64,000 bases of DNA from Pecten maximus (GCF_902652985.1 NC_047016.1:42842001-42906000); one strand, 5' to 3'; positions 37,563 through 51,892 are shown, numbered from the stretch's first letter. Notes: generated from the letters alone by a model not told the origin. A program made the numbers and translations.

Positions 37563-39004
37563 ACAGGTGGATGTACACATTATAGAAGCAGAAATAGCCA
37601 ATTACATTACACAATGGGTTTATTTCCAGTTGGAAGCCAGAGGCGCTTGTTGTTGGATTTTACGGAATTCCTGTCGGTGATTTATTCCTTTTTCTCCGTT
37701 TTATCACTCGTTATTTCCCTATTTTTACATAACATTTTGGATGAGCACGATATTTAACGATGAAGACTTATATAGGAACTGCCCGTTGTCTAATCCTTTT
37801 GTTAACTGAATAAAATTTGTTGAAACCAAATGTTGTTAAGTCCGTGTCAAAATAGCATCCGCAGCATATGATGTCTTACATTTACAATTTACCTTTCGTA
37901 AACAAAATGTTGCGAATGTTCGTCTCGAAAAAGAAACATGGCACGGATCTTACATGCGTGTCTATGATACATCATACCTCATTCCATGCATTTTCATAAA
38001 AGTAAAACAGACTCGTCATGGTACCCAATTCGGCTGTATCCTGGTGGCATTGTTTACAAGGATCAACTTCACTTCACTTCATCTATTCACAGAAATTCCC
38101 ATTTCCTGAGTTTGAAATTTACAGTTATAGTTGCTTTAAGATCTTAAAATGTATTTCTATAACACCTATATTATTGTGACAGTATAGATCATTATTGACT
38201 TTCTGACATATATAATTTTTAATTTTTAAATTAATATGGAACATTATCAATTATTTGCAGAAGTTAGTAGTTATGCTGTGACCGATGCATGGATCAATGA
38301 ATTGCCCTAAAATCCATCAGAAATATATCGCGATTTCTTTACGTCACAAATTACTAGATCTATATTTATTTACTATTGTTTGAAGTATTGTAATACTTAC
38401 CCTGTCCGTCGGCAAAGAATTACGATTCAGTTGTTTATCAATACTCATCCATACTATTCACATTAAACTGCAATTATTTATGAGGAGGCCACCTGTACTA
38501 TACGATACGTTATCTACCTATTAAATAAAATGTTTGTTTCATTTTTCTTTGTTTTTGGTTTGTTTGTTTCATTTTTCTTTGTTTTTGGTTTGTTTGTTTC
38601 ATTTTTCTTTGTTTTTGGTTTGTTTGTTTCATTTTTTTTTTTTTTTTTGGTTTGTTTGTTTTCTCTTTAAACACTTAGTATATGCTACTTTTGTTTACAT
38701 CTCTTTTGTTTTCTTAATGTTTTGAGCGATACATGTTATTTTTTAGAGTATTGTTCTTAAATATTATCATTGCTATATGTTAAGATGATGAAACAATTAA
38801 TATGTTTGTGTTGAGCTTGATATGAGTGCATCACGAAATCACACTTTAACAGTAGATAAAATGGGAGTAAGATAAGGCGTGTCGCCTTTGCGACAAATAT
38901 ATCTAGACAACGGGAAAATAAAAAGAGTGTATTTAATGGAGTGTTTAATGAGATAATATCGTTATCCCACTAAACACATTTATAAATACAATTACTCCAA
39001 TGTT

Positions 39005-39226
39005 GAGGGACCACGGTGGCCGAGTGGTTAAGGTGTCCCGACACTTTATCACTAGCCCTCCACCTCTGGGTTGTGAGCTCGAAACCTACGTGGGGCAGTT
39101 GCCAGGTACTGACCGTAGGCCGGTAGTTTTTCCCCTGGGTACTCCTGCTTTCCTCCACCTCCAAAACCTGGCACGTCCTTAAATGATCCTGGCTGTTAAT
39201 AGAACGTTAAACAAAAACAAACCAAA
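39005..39226 (+). mobile_element. Full-length tRNA-derived SINE (V-domain-like core)
   Basis: A box tggccgagtgg, B-box-like gagctcgaaacc, core gggtactcctgctttcctccac, A/C-rich tail. 12-bp TSD tactccaatgtt (38993-39004, 39227-39238). Confidence 0.9.
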
Positions 39227-42200
39227 TACTCCAATGTTACCAAATCATAGGTATCTCAACCATGTGTCGTGACGATTATCAAGGTTTATTAATCTTTACG
39301 TGAAGGGCTTCCAAGTTTGGTCAAATGAATGAACTTGACCTTCTTGAAGGGGGTCAACTGTTTTAAATCTTACAATGACTTTTTTTTTAATAACCAAAAT
39401 ACCCATGGTAAAGATATTGGGTCAGTACTATGCTGGGACCAATGGCTACTAATAGACGGATCCATTGGATGACCGTGACCTACTTCCAAGGTCATGGAGA
39501 TCAATTGTGTTCAATTAATTTTTTTTGCTGACATGGTCCGAAAGACCGTTGAGCTTATGGCATGGTGTGTCGTCCTTCGTCCGAAGTCGTCCTTTTCATC
39601 AACATCGCTACTTTTACAAATTTTGATATGAAATAAATCATATTATAGGTACATCTTTCATAGTGTTGTTTCTTATGAACAGCCGGATTGATTCTGATTT
39701 AATTTCGTTTGGAGGATTATTTGGTGAATTAGACCTTATACTGTATAAAGGATGAGAGGGTCTGCTCTCCGTGTAGCTTGAGGGACAGGGCCCAAGAAGA
39801 GGAAAGATGATTTTCTTTGAAATGGTTCTTCTGAAGTGTGGATAAGATATCTGAATAAAATTTCGTCAGCAGAATATTTGTGCACCATGAGCTGAATATG
39901 AATTTACCGACAAGTCTATTCTATCAGAGGTATTGGGTTGGAGCCCAATAAAACACCTTATTTTTTTTATTTTTTTTTAAGTATTTTTCTACGAACAAAA
40001 CACTAAATACATATATTAGAGGGAACTTTTGACATCAACGCATGGTGCTGAAAGACTGACCGAAGCAGGGATGAAGTTTACAGGAATGAATCAGCGTGTT
40101 GTATGTCTGTCTGCCCGTCTGGCTGTTCACGCAATTTTGTACCGCCAACGCCGACGAGGATTATATATTGATTTCAACGACACGTTAAACACACGTTATT
40201 CATGTCATGTTCTATGTTTCCATGAATGGCATTAAGTTCCATCGATTTTACCATAGTTATTACCCTTGACGTGGTATGGCTCTTTCTGACACTACAACCC
40301 TGATAATGGATGATTATCTTGGAAACAGTTACTTGTAGGCTTGGACGTAAGCCACACATCTTGTGAAAAGTTTTTAGTGGTTCAAATGCTCGCAGGTTTT
40401 TGATAATGAAATCATATGGGTGAATTTTCGGCAAAAATTATGAAAGTTATATAGTTTTATGATACTTTTATTTTCATGGTATTTGTTTTTCGTGAGTTTG
40501 CGTTATCTTAGAAAATAACGTGAAAATGAAACAACTATAAAAATATCAATCTTTAAAGCAACCAGTTAATTAATTAATGCAAAAGACACGTGTTGATGAC
40601 TCTTTAGTCGGGAATCAAATGCGTTCAAATACAGAAAGTGGTGAGAAATGTTTAATCGTAATTTAGATATGATATACAGGTCTCGAACAAAGACAGCTTA
40701 TATTTAGATATTTCCTTGCATATTGATTTAGATGTAGTATAGAAACAATGTCAAACTTTATTCGGTTTTAGTTCTCTACTCTGCATTGGAAAAGGATAAT
40801 TTTAGAATGAAAAGATGTCTGAATCCTAAATTTGAAAATTATGTAATTTTTGATTTTCTCGGAAATAAAGGGGTAAGAAATGAGGGCTTGCTATGCTTTA
40901 TCGTAAGCAATTTTCGGCCACAATGGGAGTTAGGTACAGTAGAGCTAAAAAGGTTTTAAACTGCACCACACAGTCTAGGACTCGACAGTGAAGTGCTTAA
41001 ATTCTCAATAGGTTTTACTAGCTAGAAAGTAATCCTCCCGGATTGACTATTCTAGATATATGATAAGTTATAATACTATGAAGATATTCCATATGATTAG
41101 CAATAACTTTGAAATTGCGGCCGTAAACAACCAAATCATGACGTCATGAATACCATCATAAAAAGGAGTCTTACACAAGCAATACCCCCTCAATGTTTTG
41201 CTCTCCATTTAGTATCACAAACTATAAATGGTAAGTTTTAATAACCATAATGCATTTATAAATAGCTGGCTGAAGTTAGCAGCTAATTCGTTATTCGAAT
41301 CTCCAATCATATATTATAAGAAAAATATGAATTTAAGAAACCGAATTCCCATCCCGCTGCTGCAGCGGATTCGTTATTTGAATCCCAGCGTCAAAATGTC
41401 AATAAAAAGAAATATCAATTTAACATAAAGAACTGGATAACGCATCCACTGCTAACTTCAGCCTGCTTTTATAAATACTGATATCCCGATTGTATTACAT
41501 ACGTAACTTTTCTTGTCTGCAGTGATGATTGTTGATTACTGATGAACTGCACACCCCAGTATTTTGCAGTCAGGGCGATTTAGTACTTAAATCAATACTA
41601 TGGAACTGCATGTACAGAAAGTGTGTCAATCTTCATGTGTTTGATTGTGTGAAAACTGAAATACATTAAGTGTTATTCTAATCTAAGCATTATTTCCGTC
41701 AGACAGGATTCAGGGTTTGCTGGTGTCCCACTCTCCTTGTAGCAAGTCTGTACGCCAATCTATATTTCGTCCTAACAACTGTTTTATCCTAGTTTTATCG
41801 ATTTCGATTTTTCGTTTACCTGTATGTTAGTGTTCAGTCTGTTTTGTGTAATGTCCATTTGTCTAAGCATCACCGATAAAGAATTACAGGTAAACACGAG
41901 TAGCGTCCCTTGCCTAAAGAGGTACTGTCGAGATGTATTGGCAGTATCACAATGTCGAGACACTCTGTCGATTATAGCCAATTAGAATGCCATCCATTTT
42001 AAGATTTAATCTAATTTACGTGTTTATGTGTATATCAGGTTTGCAAGCTTAACCAAGTTTTGTTGTCCATGATCAATATATAAATTAAATGGCGTGACAT
42101 CTGTAAGTTATATATAAATTGAGAAGACAAATAACAATGGGAAGTCTTTTATATCTAAGCATTATTTCCGTCAGACAGGATTCATTTATGGCATTATTTC

Positions 42201-44095
42201 TTTACGTAGACCTTTAAGTAAATTATGTCTCTTTTAACTCTGTAATGTCCACATCAACGTATCGAACATTTTACAATTGTAATGCAATGAAATGTATATT
42301 ACATTTTGCGCTCCTGAAAAGAAATGGTTGAATAATTTACCTCAGATCTTTTGATTGTTGCTCAAAATTCACGATAATATACTGTCCTGTTTGACTATTA
42401 AAATCGGATAATATACCAACATTCAAACCATAGCTTTTATATATTTCGGTATATAGAATTTTACGGTAGTATGCAATTTGATTTTTATATTTCTGTCACT
42501 TCAACATAATCAGGTTAATGAAGATTAGCAAAAGAATGAAGATAATTGCGAATTTCGACTGAAAGGTGAATTGGATCGTGAGAGCTACTGGTCAAACGAC
42601 ACAGAAACATCGAAGGGTACAGTGATGCATGTATTTTCATATTTTTTTCATATTACGTCTTTTTGTTTCCGGAGTCAACCATGCAATTTATGATTGCGTT
42701 TCTGTTCCCTTTCAGTATATGATATCTATTATACCCTGTTATGTGTTATTTAATTTTGTGTACATGCTGTCTTTCCTAGACAATCTTTCCAGCTTCAATC
42801 TGTTTCGCTCTAGCTCGTATTGTTAACCCCTTGATGTATTCCTTTCTCATTATTCAATTTTTCCTTCCTTTAATCATGTCTGCAAAAGTTTCAGAAAAAT
42901 CACTCAATGGTTGAAGAAAATTAATGTGAGCTTTAATGTTAGAATATTTTAAATCGCTATAATTCTGCTCTATTTTAATTGTCAATGAATATCCTAATTC
43001 AAATCCTTTCTCTGATCTTTATCATAGGGAGAAGCCACATAACTTTCAGTGATTTCTGGTATTTTTTTTTCTCATTTTCTTTATATTATGTTCTGTCTTT
43101 AAAGAGGATTTCCTTTTTAAAAACCGGTAATGTTATACGCATTTCCACTAGATCACTTCTGTAACCCAGAAAACTGTCAGAATGTTAAAATACAGACTGC
43201 AATTGTCCAGATATAAGGAAGAGTAAATTCGAAAGAAAAACAATATCTTCAGTTATAAGCTTACCTTCACTATCAAATGATGATTTCTTGTCCTGAATGT
43301 GCATTGGCAATAAAACAGACAACAACTCGCACAGCAAAGTGTTAGACCAAAGGTTCCTGATTACGCTATAGTTCATACTCCTCTGAAGACGCCTCACGGA
43401 CTATCACAGTTGACCTCGAAGTATTGATATCGAATTATGACCTATACTACAGCAGAAAGTATTTTCGGAAGGAGATGACAAGTTGTACGCCAGCCATCTG
43501 TTTAAAGGTAAAAATATTTACTGAGAACAACTTCTCTTCTGTAGTGCTTCCAGTTACTGCAAAAATGCTGTTTGTCTGCTTTTTTTAAAGCTGAAATGTA
43601 TTTGCATTGAATTTTTTTATACGTAGACTTCAAACCCCATGCTTACTCCTTCCCGACATTTCATCTTGGTTTCATATTGTTTATTGGTATTGATATTTAT
43701 TGTTTTCCTCAATCAAATATAAGGATGTGGACTGTAGATGCTGTACTGTTAGGATGTTTTTTATGCATCAGTGAACTTTGACAGATTAATGTAACTGTAA
43801 TTTGGGGTACTTCGAGTACTGGCCATAGAAAACGGTCAAAAATCTTAAGTCAGCTTAGTCATAATTTAATCTAAAGTTTCTATCGCGAAAGACGCTGAAA
43901 TAAGTCAACCACTTACACGTACGCCTATAATATGCAGAGTGATACTGTCTTGTCATGTAAATAAATATGATTGATAGTATACACGAGACCAACACAACAA
44001 GAATCAATATTTTAAACATTTTTATTTATCTTTCGTTTCGAAATCCCTTAATGTTTTTGTTTTTGCTTTCGAAACTAATTCTTCTAAAATCTGCC

Positions 44096-44512
44096 TTAAA
44101 AATATGGATATAAACGCCATGATCGTTTGTCACCGTAACCTCGCTTATCCCAGAAGCCTCTTTTAAAGTCGTTTTGATGTGTTTGTTTGTCTTTTTTCAT
44201 GGCAGTATTCTCTGTGTCCAATACAGTGGGAACTATGCTTCTAAAAACAGATAAAAGTCCGGTGATTCCACTTTCCGGATCACTGGTTTCTCGTTTATCG
44301 CCGTATCCTCTTTTATCGCCGTATCCACGTTTGTCCCAGAATCCTCGTTTGAAATCTGATTCCTGCATAAATCTACCTTCTCTATCTTCAAAGTGTGTTG
44401 ACCGAAATTTTATTTGTGAGTCGTCTGATTGGTCGAGAATGCTTGCTTGGCACCTCCCCCAGAACATCGCTATGGTGATGACCAAAACGCACAGCCAATG
44501 GGATACATCAGC
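44096..44512 (-). CDS. Achatin-type neuropeptide precursor, main coding exon (GFWD x2, GYGD x3)
   Basis: Phase-0 acceptor tcttttttgcag|; signal core WLCVLVITIAMFWGRCQA; KR-flanked tetrapeptides G-[FY]-x-D, the achatin/GFFD/Ocp pattern. AATAAA on the minus strand at 44026-44021. Confidence 0.92.
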   Translation of the reverse strand, partial: ADVSHWLCVLVITIAMFWGRCQASILDQSDDSQIKFRSTHFEDREGRFMQESDFKRGFWDKRGYGDKRGYGDKRETSDPESGITGLLSVFRSIVPTVLDTENTAMKKDKQTHQNDFKRGFWDKRGYGDKRSWRLYPYF

Positions 44513-47086
44513 CTGCAAAAAGATAGTGCAGGAACATATACAGTACATGTAATTGTTTTCCGTTTATTGTCAAACATTTAAAGCATTTTAAAGGGACATT
44601 CTGCTCAAATTGAAAATGTTCTGTCTGCTCTGTCCCTTTAATAACACTTTTAATGGATTTTCTTTTCAAATGTCTGTCCTTTTTATGTTCAGTTCGTACA
44701 AGCGAAGTTGGTGGAAATATCCCATACAATTATAATATAAGACCGCATTCATCACGTGATGGCAAACAGAGTTGGTCATCGGCTAATGAAATATCGTGTA
44801 AATATGAAATTTCACACATAGATAAATTTTGTCTCCAAGTGTCCATTCTTACTTTCTCTGGCTTTATGGGACGGTTCAGTGTTCAGCTTGACCAGAAAAA
44901 ACTACCCCGATCTACAAGTTTTTTGGTAGAGTGATGATGTAAATCGAAAGCGAGGCGACATCAAAAACAGAGTATAGCAGGATTTTTTTTTCGGAACTTA
45001 ACGTAACGTGGCATTTAATAAGGAATAGACATAATCTTCAATTTGTTTTGTTAATTTTCTTGAAATCTGTCATTTACTTCAGCGAAGACTACCTTTTAAG
45101 CAAGACTACAAATGATATATATGCGCATATGACACGTTATTGGTATGCATGAAAAATCATTTGTAGTTAAATAATAACCACCGATAATGACTTGTTGCTG
45201 TTCGGGAGGCGCCATATTTGTTTGTGGTCATAGCACAAGCGCAAACCTATTGTAACGTTATCGGAAAGGCGAACATTTGTAAGTCAATCTAGCTTATACT
45301 CTAGAAAATACTATATTAATATTATAAAAATCATCGTATGAAATCCATGAGTGTCCAAACTATCCCTTTAAAATCTTGATCACTATTGCAATCGCTACAT
45401 TTTTTAACATTTCGCATTGTTGGACTAACATTCTCCAATCGGTGACCAAGTTTATTGCAATACCAACATTACGAAATGAAGGGAAGCAACTCTGTTTTAT
45501 CACAATGTTAGACTACATGTGGTCCCTGTGGAAACTCTTAATGGAGGCCAGGAAAATCAAAATAGCTTGAGTAGGTTTTTTTAATGTAAATGGGAAGGAC
45601 ATAAAGCGTTTAATTTGATCAATTTCGTGGTTTTGTATATTGATAAATTTTAAAACAACATTGATTTCAGGTGGCTATACTGTAACTATACTGTAACTAT
45701 ACTGTAACTATACTGTAACTATGCTGTAGTTAAGCCGCACTTTCTTAGCTTTTATATTTTCGTTATGTTTGATACATGTTGTATATGGAATTGAACTTTT
45801 AACTGAAACTTGTTTTTTTATGTTAGATTGAATTGAACTTGCATATGAATAATGTTTTATATACCAAATTGGATTGAAGTTGCATATAAATCTTGTTTTA
45901 TACATTAGATTGATGCAACTTGTTTTGTATATTAAATTTAATTGATCTTGTTTATAGATAATGTTTTGTTTATTGAATCGAATTGAACTTGCATATGAAT
46001 CATGTTTTATACATTAAATTGGATTGAACTTGGATGTGAATCATGTTTTATCTATAAAACTGAATTTAACGTACATATGAGCCATGTTTTATTTGTCATT
46101 CTTGTCATTTTTACTACGCATTCAATTTGTTGCCATATCATATCGTATCATATCCAATAGTTCGCCTGCTAATATTCGGTCGAGATTTCTAATCATGATA
46201 GTATTAATTTCATTAGGAAATATATTCATCTTTAAAACAAACAGATTGAAAAATGCTTGCAAGCTATCGAAACCATTTGTTCCATTTGTGAAGCAAAAAG
46301 TGAAACTTCAATCATCCATTTCTAAAGGGGCATATTCTGAGGGACAGGGGATGTTTTTTATCTAGTCTTTCCTAATATCATCTGCTTATCGTTAATATTG
46401 GAACATATTAATAAAAAAAACGTATATATCTCCAATATAGTCAAAATATATAAAATGTAATTCACATTACCGGGGTCAATACACAAGAACATAGAGGAAG
46501 CAATGAGAAGACAAAAAATGTGTGAATCCAGGTTTTTTCTTGTCCGACATGTAACCCGGCAACACATGTGGCAACCGACATTATATGTAGCAATATGATT
46601 ACCTGACCACCATTTTTTTCAGCAAATAACTCTGTGATTATACGAAGAACTTGTCTTTTCATGAAACAGTCATTAGAATTGAAGATATGGGGCTGGTATC
46701 CAGTATATAATATAATACTCCACTTATATTTTTGGACCGTTATGTATGTTTGTATTTGTATTATCATCAAAGCACTTATGTAATAATAATTGTACAATAA
46801 AAATGAATCCATTTGAGTTGAATTATCAATGTGAACTGGAATAAGAACACACGTGAATTTGTTAATTAAGTGTTTCTTAATGCATACACTTACATCCACT
46901 CGAAATATCATGCATACAGTGTATATGGTATTAGGGTAGCATGGAAAACAGATCCACACTTTCAAAGTACCAACACTTCCGTGTAATACATAAACATATA
47001 TATATGTTCACACAAAAACCAAATACACATATGTAATTATAGGTTCTAATATTTGGATTTATGATACATATTTGGTGCCGTATATC

Positions 47087-47406
47087 ACGAGTGTTCGAGG
47101 TCCGGACAGAACAGGTGTGTTCAAGGTCCAGACAGGACACGAGAGTTCGAGGTCCGGACAGAACACGAGTGTTCGAGATCCGGACATAACACGAGAGTTC
47201 GAGGTCCGGACAGAACACGAGAGCTCGAGGTCCGGACAGAACACGAGAGTTCGAGGTCCGGACAGAACACGAGAGTTTGAGGTCCGGGCAGAACACACGA
47301 GTGTTCGAGGTCAAGATAGAACACGAAAGTTCAAGGTCCGGACATAACACGAGAGTTCGAGGACCGGACAGAACACGAGAATTCGTGATCCGGACAGTGC
47401 ACGAGT
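47087..47406. repeat. 26-bp minisatellite (gagttcgaggtccggacagaacacga)n in the achatin intron
   Basis: About 12 copies. Confidence 0.92.
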
Positions 47407-48036
47407 GAAATAAATAAACTTAATGTAGAAATACAAATGATTGAATGAAAAAAATAAAATTATCTAGACTCTTGCTCTGAACGAAATATATTATTTATAG
47501 TGACAACTCGTCTGTTAGATGAACACTTGGACCGCAATGTACATGATACGAACTGTATAACTATTAGAAAAACGAAAGTGTAAATTTACGACAGGCTGTC
47601 CATATCTCCTACCTTCGGATCAACAACACTTACTGTATCAGATCTATTTTTGTTTAATCAAAAAGATATACAATTTACAAACACAAATAATGAGAGAAGA
47701 CAGGGCAACGAATTCACAGTTAATATACCTAGCCTTACACTGAGATATGTACTATTTGTATAACTTTTTTAAGTCTGTATGATATTGACCTGTCACTTCG
47801 ATATCAAAACATCTCTTTAGGGGCCAAAAAAACTTACAATACTAGTAAATATCAGTTACTTGACTTAAATAGTTAAAATGATTGAAAATCGTTTTACATA
47901 AGTATGTCATATTTTACTGAAAAAAAATACTAAATTAAATTCATATGACCAAAGCCATTTAGTCTGAAAGTAAGCAATTCAACCAAAATTAGAATTAATA
48001 CAGATGAAATATGAGAAATGACACTGAAATACTTAC

Positions 48037-48051
48037 ATTGATATATGCCAT
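48037..48051 (-). CDS. Achatin-type precursor, candidate first coding exon (MAYIN)
   Basis: Minus strand ttttttcacag|aaatcATG GCA TAT ATC AAT|gtaagt. The phase-0 donor joins 44512 to give MAYINADVSHWLCVLVITIAMFWGRCQA..., 143 aa. Confidence 0.65.
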
Positions 48052-49758
48052 GATTTCTGTGAAAAAATACCAGTTTCTCCGTTGTCACTTTCCTGTGAAA
48101 TGGTCGTTCTAATTCACTCTCATGCTTTACAAAGCTTGTAACGGAATTCCGGATTATATACGGATCCGATTCTTTGAACCTCCCACAAATGCCACTTGTC
48201 ATCGGAGATTTTCGGATTTTCGGATTATCTACAGAGAACTGTTATCTCGTTTCCTCATTATTAGAGCTTTATCCATCCCAGCCCATCACACGCCGAGCTA
48301 GTAATGAATATGTTACGTAGGGAATTCTGATAGAATTTTCCTATATCTTTCAGTTCACATAACCTTTCTGGAGAAAAAGAACATGTATCTTGTAACCCGA
48401 ACAATTTAAGATACGAAAGGACTAATTAATCCAATCAGAAATTTAAAATTATATATGAAATAGTTTCACTAAATGTTTTTTGTTACATTATGATGTCAAG
48501 AAAAAATATTTTAATTTTCGTTTGAGATAAGTGAAATAAAAACCTTTTAAAATTCGTATTTTGTTTGTGTGAAGCTGACAAATCATTACGTACGATGTAT
48601 TTGTTATAGGACGAATCGAGCGAACACGTATCTTTACAGTGTCCAATAGTATTGTTAACCCTCTTTATCGCTGATTGATCTTAATAAAATTAGATACAGA
48701 CAATCTACTCGAGCTTTATTAAGACAAAACGAATTCAAAAATTAAAAGGACGGTATCATTATCTGTTATGTAAGTATTGTTTTCTAGAATGTCTTATATA
48801 TGTCCAGAGACTGGATATCTGAAATATTACACACGTTTGGTTTATAAAACACATATGACCTTTTATACAGATCTCATATTCATTCATACAGTTTTTATCC
48901 AAATTTTCAGAAAAATTTTCCAATATGTCGCGGATATAAAAACCAAACTGAATATTATGCCGTTATGTAAATGTCACTAGAACGTTTCCATGGATACTAA
49001 AGACAGGGTTGTTTACAGTAAATCCAACAACATGATGTATAGATAAAGAGATATACAGCATTCTATCTAAGACAAAATCTCGAAAAAGTAAAGATTTTGA
49101 CATATTTGCACGTTTGCCTAGCTTTTCTCTAGTGTTATTTGGTTTGTTATATAGAATTCCGTTTCATTTTTTTCTAACGTGCAACATCAATATAACGTAT
49201 TATTCTATATACAATGCTATAAATAAATAAAAAAATAAATAAATGAATAAATAAACCATTCAATTCTCTTGATTAACACATCGAGTCTAACACAAAAATA
49301 GTTCACACGAATGAGATCTGAGTTAGATAAAGTTTAGTCTAGTTAAGGCTAATAAAGCTTACTTTAGTTTTCCGATATATTTGATCGGACACACAAATTC
49401 CGGTATACTATATTATATACACTAAAAGAAGTCACGCTATCCGTAAAACCTGACAGTCAGATCTGTACAAGGTTTCTAGACTGGTTTAGATATAAGAAAT
49501 AAGGTGTTTTATGCCACCATAAGTTTGATTTCTCCGAGTTCACTACCTTTGGGTTTCATCCGAGACATCTTTAGATGGCGCGTGTTATCTTAAACACCTC
49601 CAGCATTTCTCCTCCAATTGCCCTTCATAATCTTTCCGGATATGAGAGATTCCCGAAACCTGTTAACTATTTGTCTGCCCTCCTATGGAACCGTTCCGGC
49701 ATTTTAATGTTTTACCCTGTGTGAGTGTTATATTATGCATACATGTACTAAAGACTTA

Positions 49759-50640
49759 CGAGGGCTGATTGATATGTTGCGAGCCTCATATTGAAGGATT
49801 TGAATTTTATCGGACATATTGTATTATTTTTTAACATAATCCCCTTCAGTATCTATACACTTTTGCCCGCGGTGTTTGAGGGACTCAATGTCACTTTTAT
49901 GGAACTCCTTTTCTTGGCTGCTTGAAAGTCATCCACCTCATGTATGACTTCATCATTGGACTGAAAGTGGGTGCCTGGAATAGCTGTTTTCAGTTTTAAG
50001 TTTAATGTTTTCCCGTAACAGCCTCAGAAGTGAAGCATAGTATGTGCCATTGATTGCTGGAGATAATCTAACAGAATACCATCTGCATCCCAGGAATCCG
50101 AGGCCATAACCTTCCCAGCTGATGGAACAGTCTTTGGTTTCTTTGGCAGGGTAAAACCATGGTGCTTCCTTTGTTTCGCTTGTTGTTTGGCCTCTGGGGT
50201 AAAATGATGGACCCATTTTTCATCCAAAGTGACAAATCACTGAAGAAAGTTGGCAGGATCTTCCTCAAAAAGGTTCAGATTAGCACGCGATAATGTGCGC
50301 CTGGTTTGCTTCTAATCAACTTTCAGATGTCTTGGTACCCATCGGGCCGAAAGCTTTCTCTGTGCAAGATCTTCGATCAGAATGGAATGTACTCTTTCCT
50401 GTGAAATGCCAGCTCTACTTTATATCTTTTTGTGACTCTTCTGTCAGTCATAACAATATCATGAACTTTATTGACCATTTCTGGGGTTGCAATATTAACA
50501 GGCCTTCCAGGACGGAAGTCATCCTCAAGGCTCTGTCGGCCGTGCCTAAATCCCGCCACCTACCTTTTCACTGTAGCATATGAAGGGACTTCTTTCCCTA
50601 GTGTTGCTACCATATCATGATGGTATCCTTAGGTGTTAAA
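49759..50640 (-). mobile_element. Mariner transposon, second copy, truncated
   Basis: Same TIR (TA|cgagggctgattgatatgttgcgagcctcatat) and transposase fragments DDFRPGRP, DEKWVHHFTPE, SAGKVMAS. The other TIR is missing. Confidence 0.9.
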
Positions 50641-51475
50641 CTGTTGTCTTTGAACAAAGCGCAAATTATTACTAATATTCCCAAATATTCATATTAAATT
50701 AAAAAAAAAAGTTGATCCAATATATTTATAAGCTGACAATAAACGTTATTTTAAAGCGTATTTAAATATCAGGGAGTTTAGATTAGATGTTTCATTCCAA
50801 TCAAAGTAAGATTAATGATCAGATGCAGATGAAGTATAGCTGTGATGAAATCACCTGTCAGGATCTACGGACAGGGATTTTAGATAGAGATTACGTTTAG
50901 TGTAAAGAGAATATTTCCTGTTCATCTCGGTAGTCTTAAAACCAAAGCCCATTATCGATAGTTTAAGATGATTAATTGGTGTCGATGGTATAGTCTATTT
51001 GATCAAACTGTGCTAGAGAAAGTACATCGCTTTATCAGACAGGCGTACTCGTACACCATACCAGCAACCTTATCAGAGACAATCTTATCAATACAAACTT
51101 ACTAACATCACGACACCCTGAAACGGTATTTGTCAGGCAACAGATCCATCAGGTATTCATGATCAACTGAATCGTAAATGTATTAAACAAAGACGTAGAA
51201 AAGAGAGATCAATCGTTGACAATATTTCGACCTTTAAGACAAGTTGGCCTGTTTTGGCTCTGTCCCTCAAGCCCTGGGGCTTGCCAGTTATTTTTAATGC
51301 AAATTAGACAAATAATGCTCACAAATGTGATTTCCTCATATGCTACTAGTAAACTGGAGTGGAGCTTACCCCCTCTCCGAGGGGTGGATGGTGGGGGTGG
51401 TTTGGTGAGGGGAACGCGAGACCCGCAGGTCATCAATTTTATAATTTTGATAAAGCACCTTAGGGCCCTCTATCT

Positions 51476-51892
51476 ATGTTTTTGTTTTTGCTTTCGAAAC
51501 TAATTCTTCTAAAATCTGCCTTAAAAATATGGATATAAACGCCATGATCGTTTGTCACCGTAACCTCGCTTATCCCAGAAGCCTCTTTTAAAGTCGTTTT
51601 GATGTGTTTGTTTGTCTTTTTTCATGGCAGTATTCTCTGTGTCCAATACAGTGGGAACTATGCTTCTAAAAACAGATAAAAGTCCGGTGATTCCACTTTC
51701 CGGATCACTGGTTTCTCGTTTATCGCCGTATCCTCTTTTATCGCCGTATCCACGTTTGTCCCAGAATCCTCGTTTGAAATCTGATTCCTGCATAAATCTA
51801 CCTTCTCTATCTTCAAAGTGTGTTGACCGAAATTTTATTTGTGAGTCGTCTGATTGGTCGAGAATGCTTGCTTGGCACCTCCCCCAGAACAT
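51476..51892 (-). pseudogene. Partial duplicate of the achatin exon (no signal peptide, no acceptor, no polyA signal)
   Basis: Appears identical to 44051-44467 (offset 7425). It breaks at MFWGR and abuts a 22-bp satellite. Confidence 0.75.

Noticed and set aside
39005-39095. tRNA-like A and B boxes (also at 57948)
   Set aside because: Heads of SINE copies with a tail and TSD; no full cloverleaf.
44513-44548. Track start MYCICSCTIFLQ for the achatin ORF; likewise MFIEFFSE (1495) and MLDILIFHC (36667)
   Set aside because: These read through polypyrimidine tracts and AG acceptors, so they are intronic.
44187-44552. Plus-strand 121-aa ORF (and 51612-51923)
   Set aside because: Antisense shadow of the achatin coding exon.
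46931-47350. Overlapping repetitive ORFs on both strands
   Set aside because: Translations of the 26-bp minisatellite.
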